Source: an uncultured Lachnospiraceae bacterium (lineage in GTDB: Bacteria; Bacillota; Clostridia; Lachnospirales; Lachnospiraceae). Taken from it: 45,557 nucleotides of DNA. Positions 9,900 to 18,189 of this stretch are shown here, piece after piece (within the stretch, counting starts at the first letter, position 1; every line of letters begins with the position of its first letter). The notes beneath the pieces were generated by a model, which made no database searches, had not been told where the DNA came from, and was given only the letters and a program-made list of their open reading frames with translations. The stretch spans positions 1 to 45,557 of the forward strand of contig CATJJD010000217.1 in the NCBI GenBank assembly GCA_949740385.1, written 5' to 3'. Both the position numbers and the translations under genes were made by a program.

Positions 9900-10969
9900 G
9901 CTCTCTTTTCTCCCTTCTCAATGGCCTCCCACAGCCCGTTCAGATATGCGGCTCCAAGGGCACGGTCGTAAAGGCCGTAGCCCGGCATGGCCACCTCGTC
10001 CCAGATCATGCGCCCGTGGTCGGGGCGGATCGGCCCGTCAAAACCGATGTCATGGAGCGCCCGCATGATCTCGTACATGTCAAACGAGCCGTCGGCGGAC
10101 AGGTGAGCCGCCTCCTCAAAGTTGGTCGGCGTGATGAATTTCAGGTTTCTCACATGGGCAAAATGAATTCTGCCCTTCATGGAACGGATCATGTCCGGCA
10201 GGTCGTTTTCCAGGCTTGTGCCGTAGGAGCCGGAGCAGAAGGTCACGCCGTTGTGAGGATTGTCCACCATCCGAAGCATGCGCAGAATGTTCTCTTTGTT
10301 GGTGATTATGCGGGGCAGCCCAAAGACGCTCCAGGCCGGATCGTCCGGGTGAATTGCCATATTGATATCGTAGCGGCCGCACACCGGCATGATTTTTTCC
10401 AGAAAATATTTCAGGTTCTCAAAGAGCTTTTCGTCGTCCACGTCCCGGTAGAGCGCAAACAGCTCCTTCACATGCTCCATGCGCTCCGGCTCCCAGCCCG
10501 GCATTACCGCGCCGTTCATGTCGCCGGCGATGGACGCAAACATTTTTTCCGGGTCCAGGGCGTCCACCGCCTCTTTTGTGTAGGCGAGCACCGTGGAGCC
10601 GTCCGGCCGCACTCTTGCCAGCTCCGTCCTCGTCCAGTCGAACACCGGCATGAAATTGTAGCAGACAAGGCGGATGCCCTCCTCTCCGAGATTTTGAAGC
10701 GTCTCAATGTAGGCCTCGATGTCCCGGTCTCTTCCCTCCGCCCCGGTCTTTATGGCGTCGGAGACATTCACGCTCTCAATGCCCGCAACGCGAAGGCCTG
10801 CCGCCTCCACCTCGCTCTTCATCTCTCTTATGCGCGCCCTGCTCCACACCTCCCCCGGCTTTGTGTCGTAGAGTGTGGTGATCACAGCGGTCACCCCCGG
10901 AATCTGCCTGATCTGTTTTAATGTGACGGTGTCGAACTTCGAACCGTACCACCGCAGTGTCATTTCCAT
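9896..10969 (-). CDS. uxuA: Mannonate dehydratase
   Basis: MTLRWYG, CYNFMPVFDWTRT, AIHPDDP and RPDHG...PGYGLYDRALG motifs. Confidence 0.96.
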   Translation of the reverse strand: MEMTLRWYGSKFDTVTLKQIRQIPGVTAVITTLYDTKPGEVWSRARIREMKSEVEAAGLRVAGIESVNVSDAIKTGAEGRDRDIEAYIETLQNLGEEGIRLVCYNFMPVFDWTRTELARVRPDGSTVLAYTKEAVDALDPEKMFASIAGDMNGAVMPGWEPERMEHVKELFALYRDVDDEKLFENLKYFLEKIMPVCGRYDINMAIHPDDPAWSVFGLPRIITNKENILRMLRMVDNPHNGVTFCSGSYGTSLENDLPDMIRSMKGRIHFAHVRNLKFITPTNFEEAAHLSADGSFDMYEIMRALHDIGFDGPIRPDHGRMIWDEVAMPGYGLYDRALGAAYLNGLWEAIEKGEKRA

Positions 10970-10994
10970 CGCAATTTTTCTCCTCTCTGTGCCG

Positions 10995-12017
10995 CTATCT
11001 TTGCACCCGCCCGGAGCCGTCGCCGCCCGAAAGCTTTAACACCTCTTCCTTTGTCACCATGTTATAGTCGCCCTCAATCGTGTGCTTTAAGCAGGATGCC
11101 GCCGCCGCGAACTCGATTGTCTCCTGCGGGCCGAAGCCCAGGAGCGACGCCGCAATCAGCCCGCCGCCGAAGCTGTCCCCGCCGCCCACGCGGTCCACAA
11201 TGTGCATGGCGTATGCTTTGCTGAAAAAATAATCGTTTCCGTCCAAAAGCATCGCCGACCAGTTGTTGTCGCTGGCGGAAATCGACTCCCGCAGCGTGAT
11301 GGCCACCTTCGAGAAGCCGAAGCGTTCCTTAAGCTGCCCTGCCACATCCCGGTAGCCCTCGCGGTTTACAGAGCCCGCCGTCACGTCGGTATCCGCCGCC
11401 CGGATGCCGAACACATCCGCCGCGTCCTCCTCGTTTGCGATGCACACGTCCACATACTGACAGAGCTCCCCCATCACCTGACGGGCCTTCTCCTTACTCC
11501 AGAGCCTGTTTCGGTAATTCAGATCGCAGGATACCGTCACCCCCAGCTCCTTCGCCGTCTTCACCGCGTCAAGACAGATTGCGGCCGCCCGGTCGTTTAA
11601 AGCCGGCGTGATTCCCGTAAAGTGAAACCACCTTGCTTTGTCCAGTATTTTTCTCCAGTCAAACTCCGTCGGCGCAGCCTCTGCAATCGCGGAGCCCGCA
11701 CGGTCGTAGATGACCTTCGACGGCCTCTGGGAAGCGCCTTTTTCCAGATAGTAGATTCCCACCCGCTCTCCGCCCCGGACGATGGCGGACGTGTCCACGC
11801 CGTATCTTCTTAAGGAGTTGACCGCCGCCTGCCCGATCTCGTGCTCCGGCAGCTTTGTGACAAAGGACGCGTCAAAGCCGTAGTTTGCCAGAGACACCGC
11901 AACGTTTGACTCTCCTCCCCCAAATGATGCGCAAAGCCTGTCCGCCTGCACAAAACGATTGTATCCCTCCGGCGCAAGCCGCAGCATCAGCTCTCCGAAT
12001 GTAACTACCTCTGCCAT
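10995..12017 (-). CDS. kdgK: 2-keto-3-deoxygluconate kinase (PfkB family)
   Basis: FGELMLRL, GGGESNVA, SCDLNYR and DRVGGGDSF motifs; operon context. Confidence 0.9.
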   Translation of the reverse strand: MAEVVTFGELMLRLAPEGYNRFVQADRLCASFGGGESNVAVSLANYGFDASFVTKLPEHEIGQAAVNSLRRYGVDTSAIVRGGERVGIYYLEKGASQRPSKVIYDRAGSAIAEAAPTEFDWRKILDKARWFHFTGITPALNDRAAAICLDAVKTAKELGVTVSCDLNYRNRLWSKEKARQVMGELCQYVDVCIANEEDAADVFGIRAADTDVTAGSVNREGYRDVAGQLKERFGFSKVAITLRESISASDNNWSAMLLDGNDYFFSKAYAMHIVDRVGGGDSFGGGLIAASLLGFGPQETIEFAAAASCLKHTIEGDYNMVTKEEVLKLSGGDGSGRVQR

Positions 12018-12018
12018 C

Positions 12019-12660
12019 TCATTTCCTCCTGCTTTCTCTCACAATATCCACGCACTCCCGTGCAAGCTCTGCAATCTCGTCAAATTTCTGCGCCTCCACC
12101 AGCTCGCTCTTTACCATCCAGCTGCCTCCGCAGGCCAGCACACTGCCGCAGGCCAGGTAATCTCTCACATTGCTCTGGTTTATGCCTCCGGTGGGCATAA
12201 ACCTGAGGCTTCCGTAGGGCGCGGGCAATGCCTTTATCATCTTAAGGCCCCCCGCCGCCTCCGCCGGAAAAAATTTGACCGTCTTAAGCCCGTATTCCAG
12301 CGCCTGCTCCACGTCGCTTGGGGTCGAACAGCCCGGCACCATCAAAAGCCCCTTCTCCACACAGTGCTTTACCGTGTTGGGATTAAACCCCGGGCTTACG
12401 ATAAACCCGGCCCCCGCAGACGCCGCCCGGTCCGCCTGGCCGGCGTTTAACACCGTGCCCGCCCCCACCAGCATCTCAGGAAACGCCTCCGTCATCGCGC
12501 GGATGGATTCCTCCGCCGCAGCCGTGCGAAAGGTCACCTCCGCGCAGGGCAGCCCGCCTCTGCAGAGCGCATCCGCAAGCGGCAGCGCATCCTTCGCGTC
12601 TTTCAGCACCACAACCGGGACAATCCCGATCTCTCCGATTCGTTCCAGTATCTGATTCAT
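12019..12660 (-). CDS. eda: KDPG/KHG aldolase
   Basis: EVTFRT, VGAGTV, VSPG, KFFPA and FMPTGG motifs. Confidence 0.95.
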   Translation of the reverse strand: MNQILERIGEIGIVPVVVLKDAKDALPLADALCRGGLPCAEVTFRTAAAEESIRAMTEAFPEMLVGAGTVLNAGQADRAASAGAGFIVSPGFNPNTVKHCVEKGLLMVPGCSTPSDVEQALEYGLKTVKFFPAEAAGGLKMIKALPAPYGSLRFMPTGGINQSNVRDYLACGSVLACGGSWMVKSELVEAQKFDEIAELARECVDIVRESRRK

Positions 12661-12829
12661 ATCCGATCCTTTCCAAAAAACATCCGTGTTACCTGTCTTT
12701 CATTATAGAGAAATTGTCTGAAATAGCCATTGGCACGCTTGTTGCATACATTGCAAAAATTGTTATATTGTACTTGTCAGGGAAGCCCTTTTGTATTTTA
12801 ATAGAGACAGAGGACAAAAAGACAGCCGC

Positions 12830-12864
12830 AGGAAAGGAAAGAAAAGGACAGGACAGGAAAGGAT
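12830..12864 (+). repeat. Seven tandem AGGA(A/C/T)-type pentamers immediately before the AraC start codon
   Basis: AGGAA AGGAA AGAAA AGGAC AGGAC AGGAA AGGAT then ATG. Confidence 0.8.
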
Positions 12865-13740
12865 ATGAAACACAGACTGCAATCGGAATTTCAGACAAGG
12901 CAGCACATGCTCTCCGAGGACTTCGAGCTGTACTTCTACAGCGACCGCAGCCTTGCGCCGGTGGAGTGGCACAGCCACGACTACTATGAATTTTACTTTT
13001 TTCTGGAGGGGGATGTGGACATACAGGCGGGGGAGCAGAGCTTTTCCATGGAAGAGGGCGACATTCTCATGATCCCTCCGGCGCTTCTGCACCGACCGGT
13101 GATCCACAGCTTTCGCGTGCCCTACCGCCGGTTTGTGTTCTGGATCAGCCAGGCGTACTTCGCCGGCCTTCGCCGGCTCTCCGACTCCTACATGTACCTG
13201 ACGGACAGCCAGACCGCAGGGGCGTATCGCCTCCACACCGACCGGATCACCTGCAACGAATTTCAGTCCCGGATGCTGCAGCTGCTGGAGGAGATGCAGA
13301 CCGCAGGCTTCGGGTGCGACGCCAGAATTCCGCTTTTAGTGAACGATCTGATCCTGCACATCAACCGGACGGTATATCGGATGCGCCATCCTCTGGCCCC
13401 GGCGGCAGACCCGGCCCTCTGCCGAAAGATCGCCCTCTTTATCGAGGAGCACCTGGAGGAGGATCTCTCCCTTGTCCGGCTCTCCGGGGAATTTTACGCA
13501 AGCCGCTACTACATTGCCCACCTGTTCAAGGACAGTCTCGGCATGTCGGTCCATCAGTACATCACGAAAAAAAGGCTTGCCCGGTGCAGGCAGGCCATTG
13601 TGGGCGCAAAAAGCATTACAGAAGTGTATGAGACCTTCGGCTTCGGGGATTACTCCAGCTTCTACCGGGCCTTTAAGAAAGAGTACGGCGTCTCGCCGAA
13701 GGATTACCGGGACGGGATGCGGCTCCACATGGAGCCGTAG
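12865..13740 (+). CDS. AraC-family transcriptional regulator (cupin + HTH), divergent from the hexuronate operon
   Basis: WHSHDYYEFYFF cupin; C-terminal GFGDYSSFYRAFKKEYGVSP. Confidence 0.92.
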   Translation: MKHRLQSEFQTRQHMLSEDFELYFYSDRSLAPVEWHSHDYYEFYFFLEGDVDIQAGEQSFSMEEGDILMIPPALLHRPVIHSFRVPYRRFVFWISQAYFAGLRRLSDSYMYLTDSQTAGAYRLHTDRITCNEFQSRMLQLLEEMQTAGFGCDARIPLLVNDLILHINRTVYRMRHPLAPAADPALCRKIALFIEEHLEEDLSLVRLSGEFYASRYYIAHLFKDSLGMSVHQYITKKRLARCRQAIVGAKSITEVYETFGFGDYSSFYRAFKKEYGVSPKDYRDGMRLHMEP

Positions 13741-13770
13741 AGCCCGCTCCCTGTCCCGCCGTTTCGCAGA

Positions 13771-14949
13771 TCAGTGGTGGAACAGCCGGATTCCGGTAAA
13801 GCTCATCACAATGCCGTACTTATTGCAGGTCTCAATCACGTTGTCGTCCCGCACGGAGCCGCCCGGCTGCGCCACATAGCGGACGCCGCTTCTGTGGGCT
13901 CTCTCGATGTTGTCCCAGAAGGGGAAGAAGGCGTCGGAGCCCAGAGCCACGTCGGTATTTTTATCCAGCCACGCCCGCTTTTCCTCCGGGGTAAACACCG
14001 CCGGCTTCTCCTTAAAAATGTGCTCCCAGGCGCCGTCCGCCAGAACGGCCATGCAGTCCTCTCCGATGTAGAGATCAATGGCGTTGTCTCTGTCCGCCCT
14101 CTTAATGCCGTCCACAAAGGAAAGTCCAAGCACCTGCGGCGACTGGCGCAGCCACCAGTTGTCGGCCTTCTGCCCGGCCAGGCGCGTGCAGTGAATGCGC
14201 GACTGCTGCCCTGCGCCGATTCCCACTGCCTGTCCGCCCTTCACGTAGCAGACGGAGTTGGACTGGGTGTACTTTAAGGTAATCATCGCAACCGCCAGGT
14301 CGATCTTCGCCTGCGCCGTAAGCTTTCGGTTCTCCGTCACGATGTTGTCGAAAAAGCCATCGCCGATCACAAGCTCGTTTCTTCCCTGCTCAAAGGTGAT
14401 GCCGAAGACGTCCTTTCGCTCCGTCTTCGCCGGCTCGTAGGAAGGATCAATCTCGATGACACAGTAGCTTCCGTTTTTCTTCTGCTTTAAGATTGCAAGC
14501 GCCTCGTCGGTGTAGCCCGGCGCGATCACGCCGTCGGACACCTCCCGCTTAATCACAAGCGCCGTGCTCTCGTCGCACACGTCCGAGAGAGCGATAAAAT
14601 CCCCGAAGGAGGACATGCGGTCCGCTCCTCTGGCCCGGATGTAGGCGTTTGCCAGCGGCGAGAAGGAAATATCCATGTCGTCCACCCAGTAGATCTTCTT
14701 CTCCACATCGGTCAGCGGCTGACCCACCGCGGCCCCCGCCGGCGACACATGCTTAAAGGAGGCGGCCGCAGCCAGGCCGGTGGCGCGCTTTAGCTCCCGC
14801 ACAAGCTGCCAGCCGTTTAAAGCGTCCAAAAGGTTGATATAGCCGGCTCTTCCGCAGAGCACCTTAATCGGAAGCTCTCCCTCCTCCACGTAGATTCGGG
14901 AAGGCTTCTGGTTCGGGTTGCAGCCGTATTTCAGTTCGTATTCCTGCAT
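13771..14949 (-). CDS. purH: AICAR transformylase (stand-alone PurH C-terminal domain)
   Basis: LKYGCNPNQ, SFKHVSPAG, GAGQQSRI, SDAFFPF, QPGGSVRD and RLFHH motifs. No N-terminal MGS-like cyclohydrolase domain. Start set at MQEYEL. Confidence 0.92.
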   Translation of the reverse strand: MQEYELKYGCNPNQKPSRIYVEEGELPIKVLCGRAGYINLLDALNGWQLVRELKRATGLAAAASFKHVSPAGAAVGQPLTDVEKKIYWVDDMDISFSPLANAYIRARGADRMSSFGDFIALSDVCDESTALVIKREVSDGVIAPGYTDEALAILKQKKNGSYCVIEIDPSYEPAKTERKDVFGITFEQGRNELVIGDGFFDNIVTENRKLTAQAKIDLAVAMITLKYTQSNSVCYVKGGQAVGIGAGQQSRIHCTRLAGQKADNWWLRQSPQVLGLSFVDGIKRADRDNAIDLYIGEDCMAVLADGAWEHIFKEKPAVFTPEEKRAWLDKNTDVALGSDAFFPFWDNIERAHRSGVRYVAQPGGSVRDDNVIETCNKYGIVMSFTGIRLFHH

Positions 14950-14978
14950 GATCGTTCTCCTGTCTTTTTGAATTTTCT

Positions 14979-15692
14979 CTAACTGTTTTTGTTCACAATC
15001 CGGGACTCGTAAGTGCCGTCTGCAATGTCGATAAACCGCACAAACAGAGACACCCGGTTTTCCTCGTTTAAGCTGTTCCACACCGTCTCTGTGAACCGGT
15101 CGATATCGCCCGCAATCTCCACCAGTGCCGGCTCCCCCTCAAAGCTCGGGAGCGGGTCGCCGTCGCCCATGTAGGTATGGATGAAATGCCCCTCCCCCGC
15201 CGCCGGGCTTGAGTAGGCAAAGGTGAACCGATTGCAGGAACCGGGCCTGCCGCTTTCGCTCTTTAAAATCGACATGGCGTAATTGTACGTGCCGTTTTCG
15301 ACGTGCAGGATGCCGGAGATACGCGGCGTGTAGTTGGGCGCGTCCGGCTCGAACTCTCTTGTGCGCAGCGCCTGCTCGAAGGTCTGCTGCCTGTCCATCA
15401 GCTCATAGATCGTGTCGGTCTGATCGCCGTTTGTCACGATCGTCTTGTTGCCAAGCACCCGCACCGGCGCATAGATCACAAGACTCGGGTCCGTGAGCTT
15501 AGCCGGGTCATATGCCTGGGTTCGGATACCCTCGCCGTCCTCCATAAAAATGCGGTTTCTGCTGTTGACGCTCCGCCCCATAATAAAGTAGGCACAAACG
15601 GCCTTCGCGCCGTCCGCACTCCTTCCGATCACAATGCCGCGGCCCGGGTAAGTGGTCGCGCCCAGCTCTTCGCTTAAAATATGCTTTTCCAT
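14979..15692 (-). CDS. IMP cyclohydrolase-like protein (PurO-like Ntn hydrolase)
   Basis: YPGRGIV, YFIMGRS.NSRNR, TNGDQTD and EPDAPNYTPRISG motifs; adjacent to the stand-alone transformylase. Confidence 0.85.
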   Translation of the reverse strand: MEKHILSEELGATTYPGRGIVIGRSADGAKAVCAYFIMGRSVNSRNRIFMEDGEGIRTQAYDPAKLTDPSLVIYAPVRVLGNKTIVTNGDQTDTIYELMDRQQTFEQALRTREFEPDAPNYTPRISGILHVENGTYNYAMSILKSESGRPGSCNRFTFAYSSPAAGEGHFIHTYMGDGDPLPSFEGEPALVEIAGDIDRFTETVWNSLNEENRVSLFVRFIDIADGTYESRIVNKNS

Positions 15693-15716
15693 GCTGTTGC
15701 CCTCCTTGTTGCGAAA

Positions 15717-17081
15717 TCAGTTTTTAAAAGAATGCACCGGCGCGGGAATGCGCCCTCTGCGGTTCACAAACGCGTCGCAGCCGAAGGGGTTCACCGGCAT
15801 AATCGGCGCATAGCCCAAAAGGCCGCCGAATTCCACCGTCTCCCCGATGCCTTTTCCGACTACCGGAATCAGCCGCACCGCCGTCGTCTTCTGGTTGATC
15901 ATCCCGATGGCCATCTCGTCCGCGATGATGCCGGATATTGTGGTGGCCTTCGTGGTCCCCGGCACGGCGATCATGTCAAGCCCCACCGAGCAGACGCACG
16001 TCATGGCCTCCAGCTTCTCCAAAGACAGCGCCCCGTCGGTCACGGCGTTAATCATCCCCTGGTCCTCGCTCACCGGTATAAACGCGCCGGAAAGGCCGCC
16101 CACGTAGGAGGAGGCCATAATGCCGCCCTTCTTCACCTGGTCGTTTAAAAGAGCAAGGGCGGCCGTAGTTCCCGGCGCACCCGCGTGCTCCAGCCCGATT
16201 TCACAGAGAATGTCCGCCACCGAGTCCCCAACCGCAGGCGTCGGCGCAAGAGAGAGATCGATAATGCCAAAAGGCACATTAAGCCGCTTCGAGGCCTCCT
16301 GCGCCACAAGCTGTCCCACTCTCGTCACCTTAAAGGCGGTCTTCTTGATCGTCTCGCACAGCACCTCAAAGCTCTCCCCGCGCACCTTCTCAAGTGCCGT
16401 CTTTACCACGCCCGGCCCGGAAACCCCGACATTTATGACGGCCTCCGCCTCCGTCACCCCGTGGAACGCCCCCGCCATAAAGGGATTGTCGTCCGGCGCG
16501 TTGCAAAACACCACAAGCTTCGCGCAGCCCAGGGAGTCGTTCTCCTTCGTGGCCTCCGCCGTCTCCTTAATAATCTCTCCCATCAGGCGCACCGCGTCCA
16601 TGTTGATGCCCGTCTTCGTGGACCCAAGATACGCGGAGATGCACCCCACGTCCGTCACCTTAAGCGCCTGCGGAATGGAGCGGATCAGATTCTCGTCCGC
16701 GGCGGTCATCCCCTTTGACACAAGAGCGGAGTAGCCGCCGATAAAGTTTACGCCCACCTCCTTTGCCGCCTGATCCATAGTCTTTGCCACCGTCACAAAA
16801 TCCTCCGGCGACCGGCAGGCCGAACCTCCCACAACCGCAATCGGCGTCACCGAAATGCGCTTGTTCACGATTGGAATACAGTAGTTGTTCTCAATCGCCT
16901 CGCCGGTCTTTACCAGATCCTTCGCCAGCGACGTAATCTTGTTGTATATTTTCTCGTTGAGCCGGCCGCAATCGGCGTCCGCACAGTCCAGAAGGCTGAT
17001 GCCCAGCGTGATGGTGCGCACATCGAGATTCTCCCGCTCCACCATCTGGTTCGTCTCGATCACTTCGCCAATGTTTATCAT
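15717..17081 (-). CDS. DUF711/UPF0210 'PFL family' protein
   Basis: [37 protein letters not shown] and CSVGLDM motifs; paired with an ACT gene. Confidence 0.9.
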   Translation of the reverse strand: MINIGEVIETNQMVERENLDVRTITLGISLLDCADADCGRLNEKIYNKITSLAKDLVKTGEAIENNYCIPIVNKRISVTPIAVVGGSACRSPEDFVTVAKTMDQAAKEVGVNFIGGYSALVSKGMTAADENLIRSIPQALKVTDVGCISAYLGSTKTGINMDAVRLMGEIIKETAEATKENDSLGCAKLVVFCNAPDDNPFMAGAFHGVTEAEAVINVGVSGPGVVKTALEKVRGESFEVLCETIKKTAFKVTRVGQLVAQEASKRLNVPFGIIDLSLAPTPAVGDSVADILCEIGLEHAGAPGTTAALALLNDQVKKGGIMASSYVGGLSGAFIPVSEDQGMINAVTDGALSLEKLEAMTCVCSVGLDMIAVPGTTKATTISGIIADEMAIGMINQKTTAVRLIPVVGKGIGETVEFGGLLGYAPIMPVNPFGCDAFVNRRGRIPAPVHSFKN

Positions 17082-17093
17082 ACTCTACCTCAC

Positions 17094-17366
17094 TTATATT
17101 CTGTGCATCTTCAAAAAGATCTCTTCCTTCTGGCACTTCACCGACACGCCGATCTGATCCCCCAGCGCGTCCAGCTGTTCGGATACTTCGGCAAACGACT
17201 TGTTTGCCGCGCTCATATCCACAATCATCATCATATTGAAATACCCGGACACAATCGTCTGGGAAATGTCAAGCACATTCACGCCGCTGTCCGACAGATA
17301 CGTGCACACCTTTGCTATGATGCCGACGGTATCTTTTCCTACAACTGTAATAATTACCTTGTTCAT
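17094..17366 (-). CDS. ACT-domain protein (UPF0237)
   Basis: ITVVGKDTVGIIA, DISQT and IF.KMHRI; canonical partner of DUF711. Confidence 0.9.
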   Translation of the reverse strand: MNKVIITVVGKDTVGIIAKVCTYLSDSGVNVLDISQTIVSGYFNMMMIVDMSAANKSFAEVSEQLDALGDQIGVSVKCQKEEIFLKMHRI

Positions 17367-17378
17367 TGTTATTCTCCT

Positions 17379-18182
17379 TTACATCGCCCTGAGCACCGGC
17401 GACACCGCATCCCGCTTTGCCACATGAATCGGGAAATCCTCTGCCCGGTACGGGTTGTCGCCCATCGTAACCTCCAGCCGGACCGACTCGTAGGCAAGCT
17501 CCTCGTAGTTGTTCTCCTTACTCAGATGACCTAAAAGCACACCGCCGAAGTGATCGTGCAGAAGCTCCCCCAGGAGCCGTCCGCTGCTCTCGTTGGACAG
17601 ATGGCCTCTGTCCCCCATAATCCGCCGCTTTAACGGATACGGATAGATACCGGTCTCCAGCATATGTATATCGTGATTCGCCTCCAGCAGAAGGCCGTCC
17701 AGCCCCTGAAGCTGTCCGACAAGCTCCTCTGTGTAAGTTCCCAGATCCGTCACCACCGCCATCTTATGTCCGCCGCTCTCAATGCGGTACGCCACCGGGT
17801 TTGCGGCGTCGTGAGATATGGAAATCGGCATGACGGTCAGATCTCCGATCACAAACTCCTCCCCGGGCCGAATCTCACAAAACAGCCCGCTGTCAACTTT
17901 TCCGACGGAGGATATCTTCCCGATGGCCGCAATCGTCTCCTTTGTGGCATAAATCGGAAGGCCGTAGCGTCTGGCCATCACCCCAAGCCCCGCGATGTGG
18001 TCGATGTGCTCGTGGGTGACGAGAATACCATCCAGATCTCTGCAGTCCAGATCTATGGCCGAAAGGCCTTCTGCAATCCGCTTTCCGCTGATTCCCGCGT
18101 CGATCAGAACGTGATTTGCATCCGACCCCACGCAGATACAGTTGCCGCTGCTTCCGCTGACAATACTACACAATTCTAACAT
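17379..18182 (-). CDS. Metallo-beta-lactamase-fold hydrolase (YycJ/WalJ-like)
   Basis: SGSSGN, THEHIDH, EANHD, GHLSN and HLSKENN motifs. Confidence 0.9.
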   Translation of the reverse strand: MLELCSIVSGSSGNCICVGSDANHVLIDAGISGKRIAEGLSAIDLDCRDLDGILVTHEHIDHIAGLGVMARRYGLPIYATKETIAAIGKISSVGKVDSGLFCEIRPGEEFVIGDLTVMPISISHDAANPVAYRIESGGHKMAVVTDLGTYTEELVGQLQGLDGLLLEANHDIHMLETGIYPYPLKRRIMGDRGHLSNESSGRLLGELLHDHFGGVLLGHLSKENNYEELAYESVRLEVTMGDNPYRAEDFPIHVAKRDAVSPVLRAM

Positions 18183-18189
18183 AATGATT

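Noticed and set aside
16626-16650. Diversity-generating retroelement as the cause of the clustered substitutions
   Set aside because: Changes are not adenine-specific on either strand; no template repeat or reverse transcriptase in the window.
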